A stretch of 64,000 bases of DNA from Candidatus Eiseniibacteriota bacterium (lineage in GTDB: Bacteria > Eisenbacteria > RBG-16-71-46). Under the pieces are notes generated by a model, which saw only the letters and a program-made list of their open reading frames with translations, searched no databases and had not been told where the DNA came from. Every line of letters starts with the position of its first letter. Position 1 is the first letter of the stretch. Location of the stretch: positions 672,001-736,000 of the forward strand of contig CAVUWA010000002.1 in NCBI GenBank assembly GCA_963744995.1, read 5' to 3'. The translations under genes and the position numbers were made by a program. Shown piece by piece: positions 42,785-52,612 of the stretch.

Positions 42785-44293
42785 ATGGCTGCATCCCCCG
42801 AAGCGCGCCGGCCGGTCGTCGTCCTCGGCTTCGATGCGATGGATCCCGGCATCGCGCGGCATCTGGCCGCCGAAGGCCGCATGCCCGCGCTCCACAGCCT
42901 GCTCGAGCGTGGCGCGTGGAGCACGGTGACCAACCCGCCCGGGCTCGTGGTCGGCAGCACCTGGCCCTCGTTCTGGACCGGTCTCTGGCCGTCGCGGCAC
43001 GGCTTCTACTGCTACCAGCAGATCGAGCCGCACAGCTACAAGGTGCGACGCTACAATCCGCATGACATCGTCGGGCGCCCGTTCTGGCTGGCGCTCGACG
43101 AAGCCGGCCGCCGCACCCGCATCATCGACGTGCCGCTGGTGGCGCTCAGCTCGCCCGCGCACGGGATGCACGCGATCGACTGGGGTACGCACGACCGCAT
43201 GCTCGAATTCGCCGCGCATCCCCCGGCATTCGAGCGCGAGATGCGCGACACCGACGGGGCCTACCCGATCGCCGGCCGCTGCGATCACTACGCCGAGCGC
43301 GGCGACTGGGACGGGCTGTTCGCCACGCTGGTCGAGGGCATCGAGAAGAAGACCGCACTCCACCTGCGCCTGCTCGCGCGCGGCGACTTCGACGTGTTCG
43401 CCGGCGTCTACGCCGAGAGCCACTGCGCCGGGCACCAGTTCTGGTGGGCGCACGACCCGCGGCACCCGCATTACGACGCGGCCGCCGCCGACCCGCTGCT
43501 GCGCGTGTACGAGACCCTCGACCGCGCGCTCGCGCGGAACCTGGAAGCCCTGCCGAAGGATGCGACGCTGATCGTGCTGCTCAGCCACGGCATCGGCTCG
43601 CATCACGACGCCGACCACCTGTTGAAGGACATTCTCGTGGCGCTCGACGACACGCTCGGCGCCGCATCGCCGGCCGTGGTGTGGCGCGAGCGCATCGCGC
43701 GGCGCGTGTTGCACTGGCGCGAACGACACCGCAATCCCGAGCTGGCGCGCGCCGGGCGCGCCGCGCGCTGGGTAGATGCGAGCCGTCGCTTCGTGCGCAT
43801 TCCCAACAACGAGCTCTACGGCGGCGTGCGGCTCAACGTCGCCGGCCGCGAACCGCGGGGCCGCATCCGCCCGGAGCAGGTGGACGGCGTGGTGGCCTGG
43901 CTGGAGAAGGAGCTCCTCGCGCTGCGCGAGCCCGACACCGATCGCCCGATCGTGCGCCGCGTGCTGCGCGCGTCGGAACTCTATGCCGGCGAGCGCCTCG
44001 ACGGTCTGCCCGACCTGCTCATCGACTGGGATCGCCGCGCGCCGATCACCGCGGTGGCCTCGGACACGATCGGGGTGATCCGCGGCGAGGCGCACGGCGT
44101 GCGCACCGGCGACCACCGCCCGACCGGGCTCGTGGTCGCGGCGGGAGAGGGCATCGCCGCCGGGCCGATCCGCACCGAGGTGCGGATGGTGGATCTCGCA
44201 CCGACGATCGCGGCGCTCATGGGCGTGTCACTCGGCGATGTGGACGGTGTGCCGGTGACGGGGCTGATGCCCGGGGCGGGCACGCCCGCCTGA
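42785..44293 (+). CDS. Alkaline-phosphatase-superfamily (type I phosphodiesterase/NPP-like) protein
   Basis: VVVLGFDAMD, WPSFWTG..PSRHG, HCAGHQFW, LLSHG, TGDHRP, DLAPTI. Confidence 0.85.
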   Translation: MAASPEARRPVVVLGFDAMDPGIARHLAAEGRMPALHSLLERGAWSTVTNPPGLVVGSTWPSFWTGLWPSRHGFYCYQQIEPHSYKVRRYNPHDIVGRPFWLALDEAGRRTRIIDVPLVALSSPAHGMHAIDWGTHDRMLEFAAHPPAFEREMRDTDGAYPIAGRCDHYAERGDWDGLFATLVEGIEKKTALHLRLLARGDFDVFAGVYAESHCAGHQFWWAHDPRHPHYDAAAADPLLRVYETLDRALARNLEALPKDATLIVLLSHGIGSHHDADHLLKDILVALDDTLGAASPAVVWRERIARRVLHWRERHRNPELARAGRAARWVDASRRFVRIPNNELYGGVRLNVAGREPRGRIRPEQVDGVVAWLEKELLALREPDTDRPIVRRVLRASELYAGERLDGLPDLLIDWDRRAPITAVASDTIGVIRGEAHGVRTGDHRPTGLVVAAGEGIAAGPIRTEVRMVDLAPTIAALMGVSLGDVDGVPVTGLMPGAGTPA

Positions 44294-44298
44294 GGCCG

Positions 44299-45129
44299 CT
44301 ATGCCGCGCGGCGCAGCCCCGATTCGCGCTTGCGGGCCCAGCCGTCCAGCCACTGCACGAAGCGCGGCGGGCGCGGCACGGCGAAGTCCTTCGCCGTCGC
44401 GACGCGGCCCTCGAGCAGCAGTTCCTTCGGCTGATGGTAGGTGCCCATCACCCAGTCGGGGATCGGCAGGCCGAAGAATCCCGAGATCGCCTCGTTGCAC
44501 GACACGTTGGCGTGGTGCATGTGGTGGAAACCGTAGATCTTGCTCCACAGGCCGCCGAAGCGCGGGTGCTCGGTGGCGCGCTTCCACCATTCGTAGGGCA
44601 GGTGCTCGACCGCGTGCAGAATCTCGTAGAGCGACATCGAGAACGTGACCGCGAGGATCCCGCCCAGGATGAACGGCACCGCGGGGAAGATGAGCTGCAG
44701 TCCGATCAGCAGCGGCGAGAAGAAAGCGAGGAATCCAAGATAGGCCCACCAGGGGAATGCCGAGTCCTCGAACTGCTCCTGTTCGGTGATCGGGTATTCG
44801 TTGAGGATGTAACGGTCGGAGCCCGCGGCGACGGGCTGCAGGCGAATCGAGGTCAGCCCGTGGTGGTTGCGGTGCGCTTTCGCGAACAGGGCGAGCGGCG
44901 AGCTGACGATCGAATGCAGGACGTAGCGGTGGAATGCCCACTCGAAGAAGGCGAGGATCAGGTGCACGCCTGCGAATGCCAGGACGATGCCGGTCCAGCC
45001 GAGCGTGAACTGCGACGCCCACACACGCGGGAGGCCGAAACGCAGCGCGAGCAGAATCACGGCGAGCTGGCCGGCGGTCTGGAGGCTGAACCAGAAGATC
45101 GAGAACTTGTGGTGGACGGTTTTGGCCAT
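44299..45129 (-). CDS. Sterol desaturase/fatty-acid hydroxylase family membrane di-iron enzyme
   Basis: His boxes HRYVLH, HRNHH, EILHAVEH, HHMHH, with TM segments. Confidence 0.8.
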   Translation of the reverse strand: MAKTVHHKFSIFWFSLQTAGQLAVILLALRFGLPRVWASQFTLGWTGIVLAFAGVHLILAFFEWAFHRYVLHSIVSSPLALFAKAHRNHHGLTSIRLQPVAAGSDRYILNEYPITEQEQFEDSAFPWWAYLGFLAFFSPLLIGLQLIFPAVPFILGGILAVTFSMSLYEILHAVEHLPYEWWKRATEHPRFGGLWSKIYGFHHMHHANVSCNEAISGFFGLPIPDWVMGTYHQPKELLLEGRVATAKDFAVPRPPRFVQWLDGWARKRESGLRRAA

Positions 45130-45501
45130 TTCGGGCTTCCCTGCGTGTGGAGGTCGAAGCGGGCGGGCGACCCGCAAGGCGGACCCCCTCGATCGGTCAT
45201 GGCGCGCCAGGGCCGCTGCTACCGGCGCAGGCGAGGCCGCGAAACACGCTCCGGCCGCTGCCCATCTGCAGCGAGGCCGGCGCCGACGATGCCCATCGCG
45301 AATTCCGGGTCATCGAAGCAGCGGAGGATAACCCATGGCCACCCCCTGCGTGCAATCCGACTGACCCAAGCATACGTGACGCTGCAAGGCCCGGCTTCAG
45401 TTTTCGGCATCCCGCGCCGGCTGCTTGATCGTGGATGCGCGCGGCCCCCCGGACACGGTACTTGACCCGGGCCCCCGCGACACGCAGTCTGCCTTTCCGT
45501 C

Positions 45502-46011
45502 ATGCCCTCTCCGACCCCGATTCACGACGAGCCCGCGACGCGACTGTTGCTGCGACACGCGCTGGCGACGCTCGCGTATCGCGCCGGCAAGACCGTGCGC
45601 GGCACGCCCGCCGCCTTCGGCGCCTTTCGCGCGGCCCCCGATTCGCGTTCCTGCGTCGAGATCCTCGCGCACATGGGCGACCTCATGGACTGGGCGCTGA
45701 GCATGGTGCGCGGCGAGGTGAAATGGGCCAACTCCGCGCCGCTGCCGTGGGACGACGAGATCGCGCGCTTCTTCGCATCGCTCGAGGCGCTCGACACCTA
45801 CCTCGCCTCCGATGCGCCGGTGAAGTGGGACGTCGGCCGCCTGTTCCAGGGCGGCATCGCCGATGCGCTCACCCATACCGGCCAGCTGGCGATGCTGCGG
45901 CGGCTCTCCGGCCACACGATGAAGGGCGAGAACTATTCGCGCGCGGCGATCGCCGTCGGCCGTGTGGGACTCGAACAGACGCCGCCCGAAGCGCGGGCGG
46001 AATTCGATTGA
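45502..46011 (+). CDS. DinB/YfiT-like four-helix protein
   Basis: EILAHMGDL and DALTHTGQLAMLRR motifs. Confidence 0.75.
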   Translation: MPSPTPIHDEPATRLLLRHALATLAYRAGKTVRGTPAAFGAFRAAPDSRSCVEILAHMGDLMDWALSMVRGEVKWANSAPLPWDDEIARFFASLEALDTYLASDAPVKWDVGRLFQGGIADALTHTGQLAMLRRLSGHTMKGENYSRAAIAVGRVGLEQTPPEARAEFD

Positions 46012-46931
46012 GCGGGCGCGCGCGTCGCATCGCGGTGGCCTGGCTGGCGGTGATCGCCGTCGCCGCCCCGGCGTGCGCCGCGGGCCCGGATCGCGCCGCG
46101 GCCGTGCGCGGAGAAGCCGCCCATGCGGCCGCCGCGCCCGGTGCGGCGCGCGTGTTCGACGCCCTGCTCGACAGCGCGCGCACCGCCGGCTGGGACACGC
46201 TCGCGATCGGCGAGCGCATCGGTCACTTCGCGCTCGCGCTCGAGGGCACACCCTACGCGGACGGCACGCTCGAAGGGCCGGGCCCCGAGGTCTGCCGGAT
46301 CAGCGCGTCGGGTTTCGACTGCGTCACGTTCATGGAGACGTGCCTCGACCTGGCGCGGGTGAGCGGCGGGCGGGACGCGGCGCCACGGTTCGCCGATCTC
46401 GCCGACGCGGTCACCTTCACGCGCTACCGGAACGGCCGCGTGGACGGCTATACGTCACGACTCCACTACACCACCGACTGGATCCGCGAGAACGCCGCGC
46501 GCGGCGTGCTGGAGGACGTGACGGCCGCGCTCGGCGGCGAGCCGTCGTCGCCGGGCGTCGGCTACATGTCGGCGCATCCCGACCGCTACGCGGCGTTGCG
46601 CGAGAATCCCGGGCGCATCCGCAGGATGCGTGCGATCGAGCAGCGGCTCAACGACAGGGTGCGCTACGTGATTCCGAAGGCGCGCGTCGCGGCGATCGAG
46701 TCGAGGCTCCGCACCGGCGACCTGATCGCGATCGCGACCTCGATCGACGGACTCGACTACTCGCACACCGGCCTGATCGTAAGAGACGCGAGCGGCGCGG
46801 CGCGATTCGTGCACGCGTCGTCGGCGCACCATCGCGTGACGTTCGACGGCCCGCTCCACGTGTATCTGGAGAACGGCCCCCGCTCGCAGAGCGGTATCAC
46901 CGTGCTGCGCCCGCGCGAGACCGCCCGCTGA
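46008..46931 (+). CDS. DUF1460 (NlpC/P60-related N-acetylmuramoyl-L-alanine amidase-like) protein
   Basis: GTPY..GTLE, FDCVTFME, RYRNG, RLHYTTDW, LDYSHTG, HASS. TTGA overlap with the DinB stop. Confidence 0.88.
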   Translation: MSGRARRIAVAWLAVIAVAAPACAAGPDRAAAVRGEAAHAAAAPGAARVFDALLDSARTAGWDTLAIGERIGHFALALEGTPYADGTLEGPGPEVCRISASGFDCVTFMETCLDLARVSGGRDAAPRFADLADAVTFTRYRNGRVDGYTSRLHYTTDWIRENAARGVLEDVTAALGGEPSSPGVGYMSAHPDRYAALRENPGRIRRMRAIEQRLNDRVRYVIPKARVAAIESRLRTGDLIAIATSIDGLDYSHTGLIVRDASGAARFVHASSAHHRVTFDGPLHVYLENGPRSQSGITVLRPRETAR

Positions 46932-47009
46932 AGCCGGCCGCGGCGCGGCCTCGCGCGCGGTGCCGTCGCGGGCGGGCGCGCGGCGCCGTCGGATGAGCGC
47001 GGCGCGCGG

Positions 47010-47693
47010 CTATTCTTGCGAGTCCGGCGGCGTCGCGTCGGGGGCCACGCCGTCCGCCGGCTCCCTGACGAACATCACGTGCTGCGACAGCGCCAGCATC
47101 AGCGCCTTCGGCTGGAGCAGTTCCTCCGCCACGGCGGTTTTGAACCGGATCCGCAGTCGCGAACCGACGTTCGCCCGGTCGAGTCTCGAACGCTCCACCA
47201 GCTGCCTGGCCTGAGCCTGGCCCAGCGTATCGGGCATCTCGTGGATGATCCGCGCGGCATCCGAACCCAGTTCGCGCGAGTCCACGGCCTGCGCCCGGGT
47301 GATGATCGAGTGCGGATCGCTGTCCGTCCTGCGGTCGGCTCCGATGCCGTAGCGGAAGTTCGGATTGTTCTCGCGCAGCAGCTCGGTGGTCGTCAGACCG
47401 CCCTTGCCGAGCAGGATCTGGATCTCACGCTTGCTCACGCGCACGTCCGTGATCACGGCGATCTCGCCGCCACGCAACGAAGCACCCCACGTATCGATCC
47501 GGTCCAGGCGGCTGTCGTCGTCGCGCGCCATCTCGTGGTCGCCGTCGAAGTCCACGCCGAGATAGTTGACGGGCATGTCGAACGGCACCATCACGTGCCG
47601 GCCGACCAGCGCCTGCTTGAGTGCGGTCGCGGGGTCGGCATGCGCCGATCCGGTGGCCGCGAGGGCGAAAAGTATAAAGAGCCACGATTTCAT
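47010..47693 (-). CDS. Hypothetical secreted protein (paralogue A)
   Basis: Signal peptide; GGAGG RBS; strong similarity to 47709..48431. Confidence 0.8.
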   Translation of the reverse strand: MKSWLFILFALAATGSAHADPATALKQALVGRHVMVPFDMPVNYLGVDFDGDHEMARDDDSRLDRIDTWGASLRGGEIAVITDVRVSKREIQILLGKGGLTTTELLRENNPNFRYGIGADRRTDSDPHSIITRAQAVDSRELGSDAARIIHEMPDTLGQAQARQLVERSRLDRANVGSRLRIRFKTAVAEELLQPKALMLALSQHVMFVREPADGVAPDATPPDSQE

Positions 47694-47708
47694 GTGGCAC
47701 CTCCCTGG

Positions 47709-48431
47709 TTACTGCGATGAAGCGGCGTCTTCGGAAGGCGCGGCGGGCGTGTCCGGGCCATCGTCCACGAACATGACGTGCTCGGACAGCGCGGCGATCA
47801 GTGGGTCCGGCTCGAGCAGGTTCGCGGGCACTTCCCGCCTGAACAGCACGCGCAGCCGCGAACCCGGCCCCGGCCGGTAGATCCACGCCCGTCGCTGCGT
47901 CCGCCTCGCCTGCGCCAGGCCCGCGGTGTCGGACTCGGCGCGGTTCATGCGGGTGTTGATCGCGCGGTTCGCGCTGCGGCTGCCGAACTCGTCCTGGATC
48001 ATGATGCGCTCGAGCTCCGCCTGGCGCGCCTGCACGTTGGTCGAATGCGGGCCGGCATCCTGAGGCAGCACGGCCGTGCCGCCGACCCGGAAGCTCGGAT
48101 CCTTGAGGCGAATGAGGTCGGTGGTGCTCAGGCCGCCGTGACCGAGCAGGATCTCGATCCGCCGCCTGCTGACCCGCACCTCGGTGATCGTGGCGACGTC
48201 ACCGCCGCGCAGCGCCATGCCCCAGGTGTCGAGCCGGTCGAAGCGGGCCTCGTCGTCACGGGCGAACTGGTGGTCGCCGTCGAAATCCACGCCGTACGAG
48301 CTCACCGGAACATCGAACGGCACCATCACCTGCCGGCCCACCAGGGCCTGCCGCAGCGCGGCGGCGGGGTCGGCGGCGTGCACGGGGCCGGCGGCGAGCA
48401 CGAGCCACAGCGTGCTGTACAGGAACTTCAT
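47709..48431 (-). CDS. Hypothetical secreted protein (paralogue B)
   Basis: Signal peptide; GGAGGAG RBS; shares ADP..AL.QALVGR.VMVPFD.PV...GVDFDGDH and GSRLR with paralogue A. Confidence 0.8.
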   Translation of the reverse strand: MKFLYSTLWLVLAAGPVHAADPAAALRQALVGRQVMVPFDVPVSSYGVDFDGDHQFARDDEARFDRLDTWGMALRGGDVATITEVRVSRRRIEILLGHGGLSTTDLIRLKDPSFRVGGTAVLPQDAGPHSTNVQARQAELERIMIQDEFGSRSANRAINTRMNRAESDTAGLAQARRTQRRAWIYRPGPGSRLRVLFRREVPANLLEPDPLIAALSEHVMFVDDGPDTPAAPSEDAASSQ

Positions 48432-48540
48432 GTGCCACTCCTCCTTCGCGCGGGCCCGGTGCCCCCAGTCTACTTTACTTGGGCTCCGAGGCCCCGCATC
48501 ATCTGGCCAGGGCAGGACTCGAGCCCGGGAGGAGATCGGA

Positions 48541-49737
48541 GTGGCGACCCACGCCGCAGTAGGGAAGTGTCTGCTGGAAAATGGTTTCGAGGCGGGGCGC
48601 GATGCGGCGCTCGCCGCGCGTGCCGCGTTCGGGGGCGACACGGCGGACCTCGCGATCGTGTTCGCGACGGCTCCTTACGAACCGGGCGCCCTGCTCGGCG
48701 GCGTGCGGGAGGCGCTGCCGGGCGTCCGCATCGTCGGCTGTTCGGGCGAGGGCGTGATCACCCTCGGCGCGTCCGACGAGATCGAGCATGCCTGTGGCGT
48801 GATGCTGCTGGCTTCCGATCGCATGCGCTTCGAGCCGTACCTGGTCGAGGGCTACAGCGACGACTCGGCCGCCGCCGGCAGAACGCTGGCCAGCCACGTG
48901 CGCGCGGGCGGGGTGGACGACCTGATCGCGCTGCTGGTCATGCCCGACGGCCTCGGCGGCGACTGCACGGCGTTTCTCGATGCGCTCGCGGAGACCCTTC
49001 CCGCGCCGGTGACCGTCGCCGGGGGCGCGGCTTCGGACGCCTCGGTCATGGAGCGCACCTGGCAGTACCTCGACGACCGCGCGGTGTCGGGCGGTGTCGC
49101 CGCGCTCGCGCTGCGCGGCCGGGGCCGGCTCGACGTGTCCGTCAGCCACGGCTGCCAGCCGCTCGGGCTCTGGCGCCGCGTCACCCGCGCTGACGGCGGC
49201 TGGATCCAGGAGATCGACGGCCGGCCGGCGTGGACCGTGTTCAAGGAGTACCTGGACGGCGACCCCGAGGATCTGAACGTCGAGGGGATCAGCCATTTGA
49301 GCGTGGGCCTGCCGCTCGGCGAGGGGGATGCGTCCACCTACGCGCCGTACATCATCCGCGTGCCGCTGCGGCTCGATCGCGACTCGGGCGCGCTGTTCTT
49401 CCCGGGCGGCGGACTCCGCGAGGGGGACTCGATCCGGCTCACGCGCCGCGATCACGAGACGATTCGCGCCAGTGCGGCGTCCTGCGCGCGCGCTCTCGTC
49501 GCGCGAAACCCCGACCGCCGCCCTGCCGCGGTGCTGCAGTTCGACTGCACCGGGCGCGGCCGCATGCTGTTCGGCTCGAACGTGGCGCGCGAGATCGTCG
49601 AACCGCTGCAGCGGGAAGTGGGCGGGGACGTGCCGTGGCTGGGATTCCACACCTATGGAGAGGTCGCGCCGATCAACGGGACGCCGCGCTACCACAACTA
49701 CACCGTCGTGCTGTGCGCGCTCTATGACCGGGTCTGA
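48541..49737 (+). CDS. FIST N/C domain sensory protein (NosP-like)
   Basis: IVGCSGEG, VAGGAASD, VSHGCQPLG, EIDGRPA, FDCTGRG, GFHTYGEVAP, HNYT. Confidence 0.9.
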   Translation: MATHAAVGKCLLENGFEAGRDAALAARAAFGGDTADLAIVFATAPYEPGALLGGVREALPGVRIVGCSGEGVITLGASDEIEHACGVMLLASDRMRFEPYLVEGYSDDSAAAGRTLASHVRAGGVDDLIALLVMPDGLGGDCTAFLDALAETLPAPVTVAGGAASDASVMERTWQYLDDRAVSGGVAALALRGRGRLDVSVSHGCQPLGLWRRVTRADGGWIQEIDGRPAWTVFKEYLDGDPEDLNVEGISHLSVGLPLGEGDASTYAPYIIRVPLRLDRDSGALFFPGGGLREGDSIRLTRRDHETIRASAASCARALVARNPDRRPAAVLQFDCTGRGRMLFGSNVAREIVEPLQREVGGDVPWLGFHTYGEVAPINGTPRYHNYTVVLCALYDRV

Positions 49738-51634
49738 CGAGCCCGCCCGCCCGCAGGGCGCCGCGGCTGCGTCCGACCAGGAGGCGCTGACCGAGCAGAT
49801 CAAACTGCTGGTCAAGACCGAGCAGCGCCTCTATCGCTCGCAGAACGAGCTCGACCGCCAGCTCAGACGCATCGAGGCCCTCAGCGAGTTCGCCATCGCC
49901 GGGACGGCGATGGATGCTCCGCAGCAGGTGATCCGGCGCGCGCTCGACCTGCTGGCCTCGCAGTTCCGGCTGAACTGCCTTGGCGCGGTGCTGGTGGACC
50001 CGGTGCGCAACGTGCTGGAGGGACTCACCTGCGAACCCGGCCTCGGGCCGGCGAGCCCGTGGCGCGAGGTGGATGAGCGCGTGCGCCAATGGTTCGATGC
50101 GCACGACGGGCCGGCGCTTATTCGGCCCGCGGACTTCGAGCACGTGCCGGCGCCGGTCCGCGCTGCGCTGTGCGCGCCCGCGCCCGGTGTCGACCCGAAC
50201 GCGGTCGGCGTCTGTATCCCGCTGCGCCAGGACCACGACACGTTCCTCGGCGGGATCGTCGCCGGCGGTCCGCCGCCGCTGCGCCCCGGCGCGTATCAGC
50301 GCGTGGTCCCGGGGCCGGAGCACCTGCCGTATCTGCGCCTGATCGCGGCGCACCTCGAGCGCGCGCTGCTCAACGCGCGGCTCACCGGCGATCTCACGCG
50401 GCACGGTGAGCAGCTCGTGCGCGCGAACGAACGGCTGAACGAAAGTCTCACCCGTCTGCAGACCGCGCAGCAGCAGCTGATCCAGGCGCAGAAGCTCGAG
50501 GCGATCGGTCGGCTCGCCGGCGGTGTGGCCCACGACTTCAACAACATGCTCACGGTGATCATGAGCCACGCCGACGTGATCCGTGCGCGGCATCCAGCCG
50601 GGTCGACGGATCACGACGACGCGGCGCAGATCCTCGAGGCCAGCACCCGCGCGGCGCGCATCACCAGTCAGCTGCTGGCGTTCGGACGCAAGCAGCCGCA
50701 GCAGCGGGTGAGCGTGGACCCGAACCGGCTGATCTCGGAAATGGTGCGCATGCTCGGCAGGCTGATCGGTGAGCACGTGGCGCTCGAGCTGGAGCTCGCC
50801 CCCGACATCGGCGCCGTGTGGGGCGATCCGGCGATGCTGCAGCAGGTGGTCCTGAACCTCGTCCTCAACGCGCGCGACGCGATGCCGGAGGGCGGGCGGA
50901 TCATGATCGGCACGCGCGCTCCGGGGGTGGACGACGAGCGCCTGACCGGCCGTTCCCTGCCGGCCGCGGACTTCATGGTGATCTTCGTGCGCGACACCGG
51001 GCACGGCATGGACGAGCGCACCCGCGCGCACGTCTTCGAGCCGTTCTTCACCACCAAGCCGACCGGGCGCGGCACCGGACTCGGGCTGTCCACGGTCTAC
51101 GGCATCGTCACCCAGAGCGGCGGCCACGTGTACACGACCAGCGCGCCCGGCGCGGGAGCCTGCTTCACCGTCGTGCTGCCGCGCTCGGGCACCGGCGGCG
51201 ACGGCGGTGACGAGGAAGCGCCCATCGAGCGCCGCCGCGGCCGCAGCGCGACCGTGCTCGTCGCCGAGGACGAGGCGAGCATTCGCGATCTGGTCCGTGC
51301 GGCGCTCGAGCGCGACGGTTTCCGGGTGCTGCTGGCGCAGGACGGCGCCGAGGCGCTGCGCGTGCTGGAGCGCGCGCCGGCCGAGGTGGACGCGCTGCTC
51401 ACCGACGTCGTCATGCCGCACATGGGCGGCATCGAGCTCGCACGGGAGCTGCGCCGCCGCAATCCGGAGCTGCCGGTGCTGTTCATGAGTGGCTACGCCC
51501 GGGAGGCATTCGACGAGGGCGAGGCCGCAGCGGCGACCGGGTTCGTGCAGAAGCCGTTCACGCCCGGCGCGCTGATCGATCGCCTGCGCGAGCTGCTCGC
51601 CGCTGGGGAAGGGGAGGACGCCGCGGCGGGCTGA
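49724..51634 (+). CDS. Cytoplasmic hybrid histidine kinase/receiver (CckA-like) with GAF-like input
   Basis: [34 protein letters not shown]; receiver VAEDE, TDVVMP, FMSGY, KPF. Overlaps the FIST gene. Confidence 0.93.
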   Translation: MTGSDEPARPQGAAAASDQEALTEQIKLLVKTEQRLYRSQNELDRQLRRIEALSEFAIAGTAMDAPQQVIRRALDLLASQFRLNCLGAVLVDPVRNVLEGLTCEPGLGPASPWREVDERVRQWFDAHDGPALIRPADFEHVPAPVRAALCAPAPGVDPNAVGVCIPLRQDHDTFLGGIVAGGPPPLRPGAYQRVVPGPEHLPYLRLIAAHLERALLNARLTGDLTRHGEQLVRANERLNESLTRLQTAQQQLIQAQKLEAIGRLAGGVAHDFNNMLTVIMSHADVIRARHPAGSTDHDDAAQILEASTRAARITSQLLAFGRKQPQQRVSVDPNRLISEMVRMLGRLIGEHVALELELAPDIGAVWGDPAMLQQVVLNLVLNARDAMPEGGRIMIGTRAPGVDDERLTGRSLPAADFMVIFVRDTGHGMDERTRAHVFEPFFTTKPTGRGTGLGLSTVYGIVTQSGGHVYTTSAPGAGACFTVVLPRSGTGGDGGDEEAPIERRRGRSATVLVAEDEASIRDLVRAALERDGFRVLLAQDGAEALRVLERAPAEVDALLTDVVMPHMGGIELARELRRRNPELPVLFMSGYAREAFDEGEAAAATGFVQKPFTPGALIDRLRELLAAGEGEDAAAG

Positions 51635-51689
51635 AGCCGGACCGCCGGCGGGTGCGGCGCCGGGCCGTCGGGCGCGGTCACCAACACGA

Positions 51690-51717
51690 GAGGCCCCCCG
51701 CATGACCGGGGGGCCTC
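51690..51717. terminator. Perfect 11-bp hairpin between convergent genes
   Basis: GAGGCCCCCCG-CATGAC-CGGGGGGCCTC. No long U-tract. Confidence 0.6.
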
Positions 51718-51744
51718 AGGCGTTTCCGGCGCGCCGCGACGCGA

Positions 51745-52380
51745 TCAGTACTTCAGGGCTTCCGCCTCGGTTTTGTGGGCCGCCTCGACGTTGAGCGTGA
51801 TCAGCACGTCGTCACCGAGCACCACGCCGCCCTGATCGAGCTTCTGGTTCCAGACGATGCCGAAGTCTTTGCGATTGATCGTGGTCGTCGCCTCGAAGCC
51901 CGCGCGCCGGCCCATCATCGGGCCCGCGTCGACGATGCCGAGCTTCTTCACGTCGAGCGTGACCGGGCGCGTGACGCCGCGGATCGTGAGGTCGCCGAGC
52001 AGCTGGAAGGAGTCGCGGTCATCGCCCGGCACGACCTTCGTGCTCTTGAAGGTGATGTGCGGGTACTTCTCGACCCAGAAGAAGTCCTGGCTGCGCAGAT
52101 GGTTGTCGCGCCGCTCGTTGCTGGTGCTGACCGAGGCCGCAGGGATCGTCACCTCGACCGAGGACTTCGTGAGGTCCTGCTCGTCGAGGTGCAGCGTGCC
52201 GGACAGCTCGGTGAAGCGTCCGGGCACCTGCGTGAAGATGTGACGCACGCTGAACGCGGCGCTCGTGTGCGCGCCGTCGAACGTGTAGTCGGTGGTGGCG
52301 GCGAAGGCCGCGGAGGACAGCAGCGCCGCAGCCGCGAGCGTGAAGGCAGCCAGTCGTTGGAGTCTCTGCATGGGACTCAT
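51745..52380 (-). CDS. YceI-family periplasmic lipid/polyisoprenoid-binding protein
   Basis: Signal peptide; HTSAAFSVRH; RDNHLRSQDFF; GDLTIRGVT; INRKDFGI. Confidence 0.93.
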   Translation of the reverse strand: MSPMQRLQRLAAFTLAAAALLSSAAFAATTDYTFDGAHTSAAFSVRHIFTQVPGRFTELSGTLHLDEQDLTKSSVEVTIPAASVSTSNERRDNHLRSQDFFWVEKYPHITFKSTKVVPGDDRDSFQLLGDLTIRGVTRPVTLDVKKLGIVDAGPMMGRRAGFEATTTINRKDFGIVWNQKLDQGGVVLGDDVLITLNVEAAHKTEAEALKY

Positions 52381-52612
52381 CTCCGGTGTCGTGTGACATG
52401 GGTGCGGTGCGGCGCCGCGCGTGCCCGCGGTGCGACCGGCGGGTCATGAATGCCGCCTGAGATGAGGCATGGGGAAGATCGGTCCGGCACGCGAACGAAG
52501 ATTTGCCCCGACTTTACCTGTGTTCTACACGACCAACCTGCCGGAACCGCGCTTGTGGCGCGCCGGGCCCGCGGATTAGCATGCCCGCCAGCCCGTCATG
52601 GGGAGGAGCCGC

